DNA from: Scyliorhinus canicula
Lineage: Eukaryota
Direction of reading: 5' to 3'
NCBI RefSeq assembly: GCF_902713615.1
Contig: NC_052176.1
Location: 11,422,243-11,486,242, forward strand
Length of the DNA stretch: 64,000 nucleotides
Positions 1-12,852 of the stretch are shown in pieces. The translations under genes were made by a program, and so were the position numbers. Within the stretch, counting starts at the first letter, position 1; the number at the start of each line of letters is the position of its first letter. Under the pieces are notes generated by a model. The model was given only the letters and a program-made list of their open reading frames with translations, searched no databases and was not told where the DNA came from.

Positions 1-52
1 AACTGGCTCTGGATGGACGGGATTTCGGCGGGAGTATTACTAACTTTTAATT

Positions 53-248
53 CAGTAAGAAGTCTTACAACACCAGGTTAAAGTCCAAAAGGTTTGTTTC
101 AAACACGAGCTTTCGGAGCACGGCTCCTTCTTCAGGTGAATGCGTGCTCCGAAAGCTCGTGTTTGAAACAAACCTGTTGGACTTTAACCTGGTGTTGTAA
201 GACTTCTTACTGTGCTCACCCCAGTCCAACGCCGGCATCTCCCCATCA
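53..248. mobile_element. Penelope-like element terminal-repeat (pLTR) fragment arranged as an inverted pair, with 12-bp TSD
   Basis: 53-120 is the near reverse complement of 145-212. The same sequence forms the 3' end of the GIY-YIG element at 39012-39151. Flanked by TAACTTTTAATT at 41-52 and 249-260. Confidence 0.85.
104..138 (-). ncRNA. minimal type-I hammerhead ribozyme motif (Penelope-associated)
   Basis: Minus strand reads CAC-CTGAAGA-A-GGAGC-CGT-GCTCC-GAAA-GC-TC-GTG: CUGANGA and GAAA core boxes, helix II GGAGC/GCTCC, palindromic AGCT helix III, helix I CAC/GTG. Confidence 0.7.
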
Positions 249-461
249 TAACTTTTAATTGTACCAGCTCAGCATTGAAAAGCTGCTGGTTTCTGACCTA
301 GTTGAATATGAGGCTCCAATCTGTAAACTTTGTGCCGAGTGTTGTATTCACTTCCATTGTGGAGAATTGAATAATGTGGGTTGGAGCAGGCAGGAGGAGG
401 AGCTGGATGGTCAAAGACATTTCACTGCTCTGTCTGTCACTCAGTCTGCTCCCCGCCTCTC

Positions 462-500
462 TCCCTTTCTCAGTCAGGTCGGGGCGGGCTGTATAATAAA
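462..500 (+). promoter_or_regulatory. histone H4 proximal promoter (H4 box-like, GC box, TATA)
   Basis: TTTCTCAGTCAGGTC-GGGGCGGG-CTG-TATAATAAA about 55-90 bp before the ATG, conserved upstream of all three H4 copies. Confidence 0.7.
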
Positions 501-545
501 GGAAAGTGCAGTAGCTCGTCTCTCATTCAGCAGCCATTTGACTGA

Positions 546-866
<321 letters not shown>

Positions 867-897
867 ACATCCATTTCACAATTTGACAAAACCCAAA

Positions 898-913
898 GGC
901 TCTTTTAAGAGCC
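898..913 (+). terminator. histone 3' stem-loop (H4)
   Basis: CCAAA-GGCTCTTTTAAGAGCC, followed by purine-rich HDE-like ATGGAGAG. Confidence 0.95.
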
Positions 914-1112
914 GCCCAATCCCTCACATGGAGAGCACTGACCTTAGAATGGCAGCAGAATAACGCATGCTCGATGGTTTGGCGAGTCATAACTTGGATA
1001 CCTCGATTTCCTGTTCAGACGGGTAGCGTTATAGCAGGAAATCATTTCCTATCATTGACAATCCTATCATGTCAAACCTGTAACCACGCATAATGAACAC
1101 TGACATTGATCA

Positions 1113-1245
1113 GAGAAGTCTTACAATACCAGGTTCAAGTCCAACAGGTTTGTTTCAAACACGAGCTTTCGGAGCACTGCTCCTTGCTCAGGTGAATCAA
1201 AATTCTTACTGTGCTCACCCCAGTCCAACGTCGGGATTTCCAGAC
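1113..1245. mobile_element. degenerate inverted Penelope pLTR fragment; hammerhead core mutated (CTGAGCA)
   Basis: Same family as 53-248. Minus-strand part 1113-1197, plus-strand part 1203-1245. Confidence 0.8.
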
Positions 1246-1605
1246 GAATCATTGTCCAGAGACGCTGTTTGCATAACTGATCTGTAAACACCTCCTCCGT
1301 CCATCTCCCCAAGACCAGTCGCTAAACGAGTCAGTCAGCCTTCCCTTTAATAGTTTACGCTTTGCAATGAAATAACCGATATCACTGATCGGATTAAAAT
1401 GATACAGAATTCCGCCCCGCAATAGGAGCTTTATCCCAGTCTGTTGTAGAACAATAAGGGAGTAAATCTGAATTTAATCCGAGTGCTCAGGCAGTGGGTC
1501 GAATCTGGGACAAAAATGGGAGCAGGAATCATTGAGAAGTTTTTGATATTCACAACTTGAGATTCAATTATTTCGGTTTTCCCAAATATCCTTTCCTTGT
1601 CCCTG

Positions 1606-2233
<628 letters not shown>

Positions 2234-2265
2234 AACCCGGCTTCACCAATAATAACAACAACAAA

Positions 2266-2281
2266 GGCTCTTTTAAGAGCC
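2266..2281 (+). terminator. histone 3' stem-loop (H3)
   Basis: ACAAA-GGCTCTTTTAAGAGCC-ACCA, then GGAAAAGAG HDE. Confidence 0.95.
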
Positions 2282-2425
2282 ACCAAGTCTGTCAGGAAAA
2301 GAGTTTCTCCACCCAATTCCTCTCAGTTGACGTGTGATTTCGGATATAAGCATCGGCTTTCGGAAGATTTAGTGAAATACTCACATACACCAGAATTAAT
2401 CGGATGGACCACGGGTCACCCTTTA

Positions 2426-2587
2426 TGAAATGAAAATGGCTTATTGTCACGAGTAGGCTTCAAATGAAGTTATTGTGAAAAGCCCCTAATCGCCACATTG
2501 CGGCGCATGTTCGGGGAGGCTGGAACGGGAATTGAACCGTGCTCCTGACCTGCCTTGGACTGCTTCAGCCTTGTGCTAAACCAGCCC
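2426..2587 (-). mobile_element. tRNA-derived SINE, family with (TTTCA)n tail
   Basis: Minus strand GGGCTGGTTTAGCAC (A box) ... GGTTCAATTCC (B box) ... TTTTCATTTCA. Further copies at 23476, 39504 and 59215. Confidence 0.8.
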
Positions 2588-3106
2588 GCAGAGAATGGGT
2601 GGCTCTGAAAAAGCCTCCCGGTCCTGGTTAAGAGTCGCTAAATCGACAAATAAATGCTGCGACCTCCTGTTACTGGTTCCAATGCTGAAGCCTCTCAAAA
2701 TTACAATTTACGCTCCATTGCAATGGAGTTTCTCTCGTCTCCTTATCTCTGAAGGAGAATTGATGTTAATATGAGGCTCCGAGTAAGAAACGAGTCACAA
2801 ATATTAACTTATTGCAGAAACATCTACACATTAAATAGTCGAGCAGAAACTTCCGGAGAGATTACAGATCGCAGACTTCCATTTATGAGCAATATTATTG
2901 AAACTAAGATCATTTCTGTTCACACTTTTATCCGCAATAAACACCGTCAATTCACATGTATCATATATACGGAATATATAAATAATGTCGCGCACAGAAT
3001 GCTCCAAGGATTGATGTCGTAAAGCGTAAAACATTTGCAGATTAAGCAACAGAGCAGAATCTCTGACGGTCAGACAATAGTTAGGCCTTTTTCAGACAAA
3101 GTGAGT

Positions 3107-3122
3107 GGCTCTGAAAAGAGCC
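3107..3122 (-). terminator. histone 3' stem-loop (H2A)
   Basis: Minus strand CCAAA-GGCTCTTTTCAGAGCC-ACTCA. Confidence 0.95.
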
Positions 3123-3152
3123 TTTGGGTTATTAGATTAAAGAATGGTCGCT

Positions 3153-3590
<438 letters not shown>

Positions 3591-5213
3591 TTACTGTTCT
3601 TATAAACTGACAGCTCGTCTGATTGGTCGCTGATCAATTCACCTCATTTGCCTATATTCCCCACCAATCAGCTCACTGGAAACAGAAGAGGGCGGGTTTT
3701 ACCCACAACAACCGGCAGAAGCAGAGAATTTGTCCATTTCAAAAAGCCGCCAATTTCATTGTGGGAAAGGAGCGAATTCAAATAAATGTCGTCCTTGGTC
3801 AGAGATTTCAAATCCCTTCTATTTATTTGGTTTGATTCAGCGCTTCCCGTCACCAATCACAGGCTAGGGTTTAACATTTAGTTAAAATGTGGTTCATTCT
3901 CCTCCCGCTTTCTAACTGTCCCGGGCGGGAATCAATCCCTGTTCACAGCATTCCCGGAAGGAAAACGCTCCGTTTAGACTTCAGTCAGGACCGAGTGTCC
4001 TTCACTGAAAACAGGGAGTGGGATCGAGTCCTCAGACTGTCCTTATTCCGCTCTGGGATAATCCCATTCCCCACTGTTACCCTGCGGAGAATTACTGGGA
4101 ATAAAATGATGGATCAATGAACATTTCAGGAATTGAGAGAAGGCTCCGTTCCCGCTAAAAACAGCAGCTGATGAGGTGATTTGGGGGCTGTGAAAATAAC
4201 AGAATAACAGCTTTCAGCACAAAGCCAAGGCGGCGGAGTGAGTTCTGCCTGAACCAATCGGAGAGCTGGAGAGAAGGAGTTACAGGGTTTGATTGGCTGA
4301 CATTTTCAAATTCCAAACTCCCGCCAATTTCAGTGCAGGAAAATTCCAAATAACGGAACGGCTCAATGTTCAGGAAACTATTTGAATCTCACACTTTGTG
4401 ATCTGTTTATTGGATTTTCCCTCCCAGAATCCTGGCTCTATTTTAGGAACAGTTTGAATTTGTCAGTCTCTTATCTGTAACCGGCGGTAATAAGACCCCG
4501 TTCAGCAATTTAAAACGGAGCAAATCTCAGCTGACTGCAAAAGCAGAAACATAGAGATTACCAACCAACTCCTTCACACAGGCTACACAGGGACAGAGAG
4601 AAAGGGCTGATTTCTGAGCCTCTCTCCTGAAAGCGGCCGGGAATGTTACACTGGGAAGTGTGGGGAGAATCCCCGACTCTATCCCGCCGGTGGAACAGGC
4701 AGCTTTGTGTCCGGAGAATAGGGAGGGCCGGGGAGAGGCAGATCTTAAAGCGCTGCAATGGACACAGGTCCTGTGTGTGCTCAAATCTCGCTGATTCCGT
4801 CCCCTGGGAAACTGCGGAATAAACACATCAGCCCGAAAATAACCTCTTCATTCCCGCCTTTACTCTGTTCCGGGAGCGGGAACCAGGTCACCCGAGAGAA
4901 ACAAAATAATAATTTCCTTATTAATTCAACTCACCAATTGTTAAACTCTGAATATATTTATCATTAATTTTATATAATTCCCTTCTAAAATTGTGTTTCT
5001 CCTCATTATCGGCCACAAATACCAGACTGGGTTTAAAACCCGCTCTTAATTAAGTTCGAGTGTCTCTTCTGTGTGAAACTGTCTGTGACGGGCGGGTATG
5101 AAGCCACATTCACAACATTCTGGAACGGGACAAATCTCTATCCTCCACAAAGAGATTTCTCATGAAGTCAATGCGGGAAAAGATGGTGCAGCTTTTTCAC
5201 AGAGATTGTGGGT

Positions 5214-5229
5214 GGCTCTTAAAAGAGCC
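5214..5229 (-). terminator. histone 3' stem-loop (H2B)
   Basis: Minus strand GGCTCTTTTAAGAGCC-ACCCA. Confidence 0.95.
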
Positions 5230-5262
5230 GTTGTGTTTGGGGTGGTTTTCAGTTGTGCAGTT

Positions 5263-5649
5263 TTACTTGGAGCTGGTGTACTTGGTGACCGCCTTTGTCC
5301 CTTCCGACACGGCGTGCTTGGCCAGTTCCCCGGGCAGCAGCAGGCGCACGGCGGTCTGGATCTCCCGGGAGCTGATGGTGTGGCGCTTGTTGTAATGGGC
5401 CAGGCGGGAAGCCTCACCCACGATACGCTCGAAAATATCGTTGACGAACGAGTTCATGATGCTCATGGCCTTGGAGGAGATGCCGGTGTCGGGGTGAACC
5501 TGCTTCATCACTTTGTAGATGTAGATGGAGTAACTCTCCTTCCTCGACCTTCGCCGCTTCTTGCCGCCCTTTACTGCCGGTTTCTTAATGACTTTCTTGG
5601 CTCCCTTCTTGGCAGCTGCTTTCGATGTTGGTTTCTTCTCGTCAGCCAT
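5263..5649 (-). CDS. H2B: histone H2B
   Basis: [10 protein letters not shown]...[12 protein letters not shown]...[20 protein letters not shown] at 5649. Confidence 0.97.
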   Translation of the reverse strand: MADEKKPTSKAAAKKGAKKVIKKPAVKGGKKRRRSRKESYSIYIYKVMKQVHPDTGISSKAMSIMNSFVNDIFERIVGEASRLAHYNKRHTISSREIQTAVRLLLPGELAKHAVSEGTKAVTKYTSSK

Positions 5650-5694
5650 CTTCAGTTTCACCCAGAAATAAAGCAAACCCCTTCCGAGCGCTGC

Positions 5695-5860
5695 TTAAAT
5701 AGACAGAGCCTCACATCTATGCTAATGAGGAATGGGGAAAGGAATGATTGTGATTGGACATTGTGAAAATGAGGGCTGCCATTTATGTTCTGAAAATTTT
5801 TGTTGGATCAGTAAACAGACCAATCAGATTTAAGATTTTCCACCAATCAGAAACCTCCTT
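5695..5860 (-). promoter_or_regulatory. H2B promoter (octamer-like ATTAGCAT, CCAAT boxes, TATTTAA)
   Basis: Minus strand CCAAT...CTCATTAGCAT...TATTTAA. The same motifs occur at 32510-32663. Confidence 0.7.
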
Positions 5861-6025
5861 ACGACAAGAAGGAAATACATTTCAGAAAGATTATCTCCAG
5901 TCCCAATTTGTCGGTGTGCAAAGATTCACCGGAAAATGTCACCTGGCCGTCGGTGAGAGGGATCCTTTACCACAGAGCGACCGTGCGGGATTCCTTCAGG
6001 AACACGGAGTGTCTTGTAATATGTG

Positions 6026-6700
6026 TGCGTGTGGGATTGACTCACTCTCTGATACAGTGTGAGTGTGGGATTTACTCACTCTCTGATACAGTGTGTGAGT
6101 GTGGGATTTACTCACTCTCTGATACAGTGTGTGAGTGTGGGATTTACTCACTCTCTGATACAGTGTGTGTGTGGGATTTACTCACTCTCTGATACAGTGA
6201 GTGAGTGTGGGATTTACTCACTCTCTGATACAGTGAGTGTGGGATTTACTCACTCTCTGATACAGTGTGTGAGTGTGGGATTTACTCACTCTCTGAAATA
6301 GTGTGTTAGTGTGGGATTTACTCACTCTCTGATACAGTGTGTGAGTGTGGGATTTACTCACTCTCTGATACAGTGTGCGAGTGTGGGATTTACTCACTCT
6401 CTGATACAGTGTGTGAGTGTGGGATTTACTCACTCTCTGATACAGTGTGTGAGTGTGGGATTTACTCACTCTCTGATACAGTGTGAGAGTGTGGGATTTA
6501 CTCACTCTCTGATACAGTGTGTGAGTGTGGGATTTACTCACTCTGATACTGTGTGTGAGTGTGGGATTTACTCACTCTCTGACACAGTGTGAGTGTGGGA
6601 TTTCCTCACTCTCTGATACAGTGTGAGAGTGTGGGATTTACTCACTCTCTGATACAGCGTGTGTGGGATTTACTCACTCTCTGATACATTGTGAGTGTGA
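6026..6700. repeat. 36-bp minisatellite upstream of H2B
   Basis: Unit GTGTGAGTGTGGGATTTACTCACTCTCTGATACAGT, roughly 19 copies. It explains the repetitive CVSVGFTHSLIQ ORFs. Confidence 0.95.
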
Positions 6701-7499
6701 GTATTCCTGTGTGCGGCTAACCAATGTTTTACTCAGTTCCAGCATAACCTGCCTTTTCTTAAACTCTGTGCCTTGGCTAATAGAGACAAGGGTACCATCG
6801 GCCCGGGGTTTTCAAGCTCAGGGTCGTGACCTGGGGGTGGATCTCGTGAAGGTTTCAGGAGGATGATGGTGATCCAGATCACGGGAGGAATGGCCAATGG
6901 TCACGACGAGTGTTTACAAATGCCGATCATGATGGCCGTGTGAAATTTCAGCCATTCCCCGCATGCCGGCCTTGTCATGTAGTGCACAGGCCCAGAGCCG
7001 AGCAAGGTGGACTGGCTCCTCCTGATGTCAGTGCGCAGTCCCACGCCAGTTTGTTTCAGCAAATTCTGGAGACCTCCCACCGGAAGCGGTGGCAGACAGT
7101 AGGTCACCGCCCCGCCCCGTACGCTGACATCACGTGTTCTGCGTGCGTGACAGATTCCTCCATTTTGCTGCTGCCAGCAGTGCGGGTGTGAACTCCAGGG
7201 CCTCTGGTGAACAACCCATGAAGAAGCTGAAAACAGGAACAAAGCAGCACAAAGGTGATTATTTGAGGGGAGGGTATATAAATTGTGCCACTGGAATCAG
7301 GATTCAAGGTTCATGGGTGTTACACGCAGGGAATTACTGGCAAATGAAAGTTTAAAACCTTCAAAATGTCAAAGACATTTGAAGATTAAGCATGGCGAGT
7401 TAGAGGACAAACCTCCATAGTGAACACTGACACAAAATACTCATTTCGAACACTCCGGTTCCACACATAAGTTTCCACTGTGCTCTGTCATGGGCCCTA

Positions 7500-8045
7500 C
7501 TCTGTCCCGAATTACCATTTTACTCTGAATGTACTTGTAAAACAAATTCATTTTACCTGCCAGTATCCTTTCATATCATCTTTTTGCTCTCTGAATTTCT
7601 GTTTGAAGTTCCCTCTGGCACATTCTGTACACCTGACGTGCTTCTGCTCTTTTGAATCCTCGATATCTCCCACAAGCTTCCCCTTTTCTACTTATCTAAC
7701 GCTGTATATCCCTCAATATCCATGGTTGAATGGATTTGTTGGTCCCACCCTTTTCTTGATTGGAACATGTTGGCCCTGTACTCTCCCTAATTCCTTGCTG
7801 AATGTGTCCCACTGTTCTGTCACAGATTTATCTAAAGGTGTCTGCTCCCTATCCACTCTGGCCAAATCATATCTGATCTTATTAAAATCAGCCTTCCTCC
7901 AGTTGAGAACTTTGATCTCAGGCCGATCCATCTCCTTTTTCAGAACCATCTAGTACTTAATGAATTATAATCACTGTCTGCAAAATGCTCCCCCAGCGAT
8001 ACTTCAACCACTTGCCCAGATTTGTTACTGAAAATGAAGTCCAAG
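7500..8045 (-). mobile_element. CR1-type LINE ORF2 fragment
   Basis: ORF 7713-7949 IKVLNWRKADFNKIRYDLARVD is homologous to the CR1 ORF2 segments at about 52400 and 62200. Confidence 0.75.
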
Positions 8046-9093
8046 ACCCCCCCCCCCCCTGCCCCACTCCCCCCCACTGCTCAGTTACTGGTGTGTGTGA
8101 GAGTGAATGGGAGTGTGTGAGAAAGAGAGTGAGAGAGAGGAGAGAGAGAGAAAGTTGATATTTAATGATTATTGTACTACTCAGTTACTGGTGTGTGCAT
8201 GAGTGTGTGAGTGTGCGTTTGACCCTCAATATCTCTTGTGATATGGAACACATATTTTACTGTTTACTGCTCATTTACTGGTCAGTGAGAGTCTGTGAAT
8301 GAGTTTTATGCTCATTGTTTCTCTGACAGATAACATATTTTACTCCTCAGGTATTGTTGGGTGAATGTGTTAGAGAGTGTGTGAGTGAGTGAGTTTGGCT
8401 GTCAGTTTTACCCTCACTGTCTTTGATATACAACACATATTTTAGTGATCGCTTCTGTTACTGGTGTGTGCGTGTGTATGAGAGATTGTGTATGTGTGAG
8501 AGTGTGTCTGTATTTTCCCTCACTGTCTCGCTTTGATATAACACATATTTTTCCCTTACTGGTATGTGTGTGAGTTTTACCCTCACTATGTATCTGTGAT
8601 AGATAACACATATTTAACTGCTTACTGCTCTGTGACTGGAATGTATGTGAGTTAGAGTGACTGAGTGCACGTGAGAGTCTGTGAGTGAGTGTGTGAGAGA
8701 GAGTCTGTTAGTGTGTGTGAGAGAGAGAGAGAGTCTGTGAGTGTGTCAGAGAGTCTGTGAGTGTGTCAGAGAGAGAGTCTGTGAGTGTATCAGAGAGAGA
8801 GAGTCTGTGAGTGTGTCAGAGAGAGAGAGTCTGTGAGTGTGTCAGAGAGAGTCTGTGAGTGTATCAGAGAGAGAGAGTCTGTGAGTGTGTCAGAGAGAGA
8901 GAGTCTGTGAGTGTGTCAGAGAGAGTCTGTGATTGTGTGAGAGAGAGAGAGAGTCTGTGATTGTGTGAGAGAGAGTCTGTGAGTGTGTCAGAGAGAGAGA
9001 GTCTGTGAGTGTATCAGAGAGAGAGAGTCTGTGAGTGTGTCAGAGAGAGAGAGTCTGTGAGTGTGTGAGAGAGAGTCTGTGAGTGTGTATGAG

Positions 9094-9447
9094 AGAACAT
9101 AGAACATAGAACAGTACAGCACAGAACAGGCCCTTCGGCCTTCAATGTTGTGCCGAGCCATGATCTCCCTCCTCAAACCCACGTATCCACCCTATACCCG
9201 TAACCCAACAACCCCCCCCCCCCTTAACCTTACTTTTATTAGGACACTACGGGCAATTTAGCATGGCCAATCCACCTAACCCGCACATCTTTGGACTGTG
9301 GGAGGAAACCGGAGCACCCGGAGGAAACCCACGCACACAGGGGGAGGACGTGCAGACTCCACACAGACAGTGACCCAGCCGGGAATCGAACCTGGGACCC
9401 TGGAGCTGTGAAGCTTTTATGCTAACCACCATGCTACCCTGCTGCCC
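9094..9447 (-). mobile_element. tRNA-derived V-SINE (HE1-like) with CR1-type (TTCTATG)n tail
   Basis: A and B boxes, central GGGTTTCCTCCGGGTGCTCCGGTTTCCTCCCACAGTCCAAAG domain, LINE-like tail. Absent from the duplicated arm at about 43965. Confidence 0.9.
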
Positions 9448-10019
9448 CAAAGGGAACATCTGTGTGTGAGAAAGAGCGTGTGTGTGACAGTGTGCGAGTG
9501 TGTGCTTTTCTGTGATATATAACAAATATTTTACAGCTTACAGTTAATGGTGTGTATGTGTGGGAGAGTGTGGGAGTGAGATAGTGTGTGTGAGAGGGAG
9601 GGAGTGTGAGTGAGATATTGTGTGTGAGAGGGAGGGAGTGTGAGTGAGATAGTGTGTGTGAGAGGGAGGGAGTGTGAGTGAGATTTTTGTCCTCCCTCTG
9701 TCTCTATGATATGGGCACACATTTTACAGCGTACTGCTCAGTTCATGGTGTGTGTGTGAGTGTCAGTGTGTGTGAGAGAGATTGAGTAAGTTTGATCCTC
9801 ACTGTCTCTCTGTGACATAGTACACATATTTTACTACTTGTGGGTCAATTGCTGGTGTGAGAGAGTATGTGTGAGAGAATGTATGAATGTATGAGAGGTG
9901 AGTGTGTCAGAGAAAGTGAGTGGGTAAGTGTATGTGTGTGAGGGAGAGTCTGTGAGTATGTGTGAGGTATGGTGAGTGTCTGTGGGAGCAACAGGGTGAA
10001 AAGTGGATGTGCTGCTGTT

Positions 10020-10312
10020 GGGCAGCAGGGTGGCACAGCGCCAGAGACCCGGGTTTGATTCCGACCTCAGGCGACTGTCTGTGCGGAGTTTGTACATTCT
10101 TCCCGTGTCTGTTAGGGTTTCCTCCGGGTGCTCCAGTTTCCTCCCACAGTCCAAAAAATGTGCAAGTCAGTTGGAATTGATATGCTCAACTATCCCTTGG
10201 TGGGGTTACAAGGAGAAGGCGGGAGATTGGTGTTAGGTAGCATGCTCATTCAGAGGGTCAATGCAGACTCGATGGGTTGAATGGCTTCTTTTTGCACTGT
10301 AGGGTTTCTATG
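10020..10312 (+). mobile_element. V-SINE (HE1-like), older copy
   Basis: Same head and central domain, mirrored at 43142-43435. Confidence 0.85.
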
Positions 10313-11218
10313 AGAGAGAGTGTGAGAGATAGAGAGAGAGTGTGTGTGTCTGTGTGTTTGCGCATGTTTTACCCTCACTGTTTCTCTGGTATATCTACCA
10401 TATTTAATTGATTACTGCTCAGTGACTGGTGTGTGTGAGAGAGGGAGAGTGTGTGTGTGAGAGAGTGAGTGCGTATTAACCTCACAGTCTCTCTCTGATA
10501 TATAATTAATATTTTATCGATTACTGCTCAGTTATTGATTTGTGAGTGTGTGTGGGAGAGACAGTGCTTGGGTTTCCGTGAGAGGGTGTATGAGAGACAG
10601 ATTGTGAGTGAGTGTGTATAAACCTCACTATTTCTCTGTGCTATGTAGGACATATAATTTACTGCTCAATGCTCAGTTATTGCTGTGAGAGTGAGTATGT
10701 GTTTCACCCTTATACTCTGTGACATAAAATGCATATTCAGTGCTTCCTACTAAGTTACTTGTGAGTGAGCACGTGCATGTAAAATGTGAGTATGTTTTAC
10801 ACTCACTGTCTCTCTGTGATAGATAATGTATATTTACTGTATACTGAGAGAGAGAATGTGTGAGTCTGTTTTACCCTCACTGTCTGTATATGATATATGG
10901 CATATTTTACTGCCTCCTGTGCAGTTGTTGGTGTCTGAATGTGTGAGTGTGTGTTTTCCACTGTAGCTGTCTGTCTCTGTTATGGGTCAAGAGTTCGGGA
11001 AAAATCAGTTTGATTCTGTAACTCCCTGCCTCTGTTCTGTGTGCTTGCTTTCGAAGCTGTCTATCTTTGTTATGGGATTCTGCATTTAATCTCTATCTGT
11101 TCACCTCTCTGATGTGCGTGATTTTATTGTATTTTCTGCACTTGTCAATATCTGTTTTGTGAGTTAATGGTGAACATTCTGTTCAGTATTGATCTTCCAT
11201 TATTACTTTTACTGATGA

Positions 11219-11303
11219 TGTGGAGATGCCGGCGTTGGACTGGGGTGAGCACAGTAAGAAGTCTTACAACACCAGGTTAAAGTCCAACAGGTTTGATTCA
11301 AAC
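11219..11303 (-). mobile_element. Penelope pLTR 3' fragment with TSD
   Basis: Matches 39065-39151. Flanked by ACTTTTACTGATGA at 11205-11218 and 11304-11317. Confidence 0.85.
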
Positions 11304-12626
11304 ACTTTTACTGATGACATTGATATGTCAAATGATCTATTTCCATATACTGCACTGTTATATCTGAGATTGTGCGCGATATTTGGATTGGAATTTAATA
11401 TTTTGTTTTGGGAGGTGTCTTGATAGAAGTTTATGATTAATTTGGCGCTTTACAATCAACTGTACTATCCAACATTTTACTTGTACCAAAGGTTCACAAC
11501 TTGTGAGATGAAAGGATGGCCTTACAATCTGATAATTGTCCTTTTGGAGAACTATTTAAATGTACCATTTTTCTGTTAATGCCTTCTTCATGTGCTTTGC
11601 TTCTGATATATTTTAAACTAAGAAAGTTACAAAATAGGGCAAATGGATACTTCCACATTGATTGCTCAATAGCCTAATTAATACTATACTGATTACTTAA
11701 CAGATGAAACACTGCTAAATCACCCTGATTAATATTGTTGGATTAATATTGTACTTACTGTCAGTTAGAAGGAGACGGCTCCACATTCATGTTGCTGAGG
11801 AATCATCATCTTGGAACTCATCTCTTCATCTGTTGAACGAGGGGGAAGAAAACAAATCTCTTGTAAATCAGGGTCAGATGAGGCCAATGATAGATCAATC
11901 AATTCTTTCAACTGATAATCAGTAAAATAAAGAAAATACTGTGCAAATCCTGCCCCAGAATCAGACAATAAGCCAGGCCCAGAAAGAGCTCTCCCTTCCC
12001 CCCGCTCACTCCAAGTCCCGGAACAAGATGGGGCTCCCGCTGCGCCTCTTGCAAACAGCCCCCGATTCTCCCTGAACTCCCCCCGAGTCAGTAATGATCT
12101 CTGAGCCTCTTTGCTCACACTCCCAAATGGATGAGCTGCTGCAATGAGAACGCTGTTTCCTCGCTGGAGGGGCTGCGCATGCGCTGTCAGCTTCAGAGTG
12201 ACGACAGGCAGGGGGCGGGGCTAAACCGGACATGCGCAGATCCGCGCAGCAATTCAACATTGAGAATCAATGGGAATATTCCCCATTTCACTGTCATCAC
12301 AGATAGAGCAAAACCTCCTACAGAGCCCGTGTTGGGGGGACGCTGTGTGTGTGGTTTTATAGGGTTTAACAACTGTAACAATATTGTTGTGTTGTTTTTT
12401 TTTAGTTTTGTGAGTGATGACCTGCTGGGCTTATCGACACGCAGCAGGATTAAAACCCTGCATCCACCGACTATCCTGGCCTGTTGCACGGCGTGACAAC
12501 AATGTAAAAGAACAAAAATTAACTGAGGGACAAAAGCAAACCGGACCCTGCGAAAATCAGGGTCGATAAGGCAGCCCAACCCTACGGTGCCCACGGAGCA
12601 TGCAAGGCCTCAAGTGTGCCCGTGGT

Positions 12627-12852
12627 TGGGCAGCACGGTGGCCTAGTGGTTAGCACATCCGCCTCACAGCGCTGAGGTCCCAGGTTCGATCCCGGCTCTG
12701 GGTCACTGTACGTGTGGAGTTTGCACGTTCTCCCCGTGTCTGCGTGGGATTCGCCCCCACAACCCAAAAATGTGCAGAGTAGGTGGATTGGCCACGCTAA
12801 ATTGCCCCTTAATAGAAAAAAATAATTGGGTAATCTAAATTTATAAAACAAA
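12627..12852 (+). mobile_element. short V-SINE subfamily with A-rich tail and 15-bp TSD, nested in the Tx1 fragment
   Basis: TSD AAGTGT(G/T)CCCGTGGT at 12612-12626 and 12853-12867. Confidence 0.9.

Larger units (their letters stand above)
8076..10960. repeat. degenerate array of a ~65-bp core separated by GT/GA microsatellites
   Basis: Recurrent TTTTACCCTCACTGTCTCTCTGTGATATA..CATATTTTACTG..ACTGCTCAGTTACTGG between (GT)n/(GA)n tracts. Confidence 0.85.
8076..12354. repeat. inverted segmental duplication, arm 1 (arm 2 at about 40890-44845)
   Basis: Near-identical reverse complement, including the shared SINE (10020/43435), Penelope fragment (11219/42025) and promoter module. Confidence 0.9.

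Noticed and set aside
5908-6592. Repetitive ORFs (CECGIYSLSDTV and others) and a CRISPR-like look of the 36-bp repeat
   Set aside because: A head-to-tail minisatellite with no unique spacers and no cas genes, in a eukaryotic context.
9380-9447. tRNA-like A/B boxes at SINE heads
   Set aside because: They continue into SINE core and tail and do not form complete cloverleaves, so no true tRNA gene is supported.
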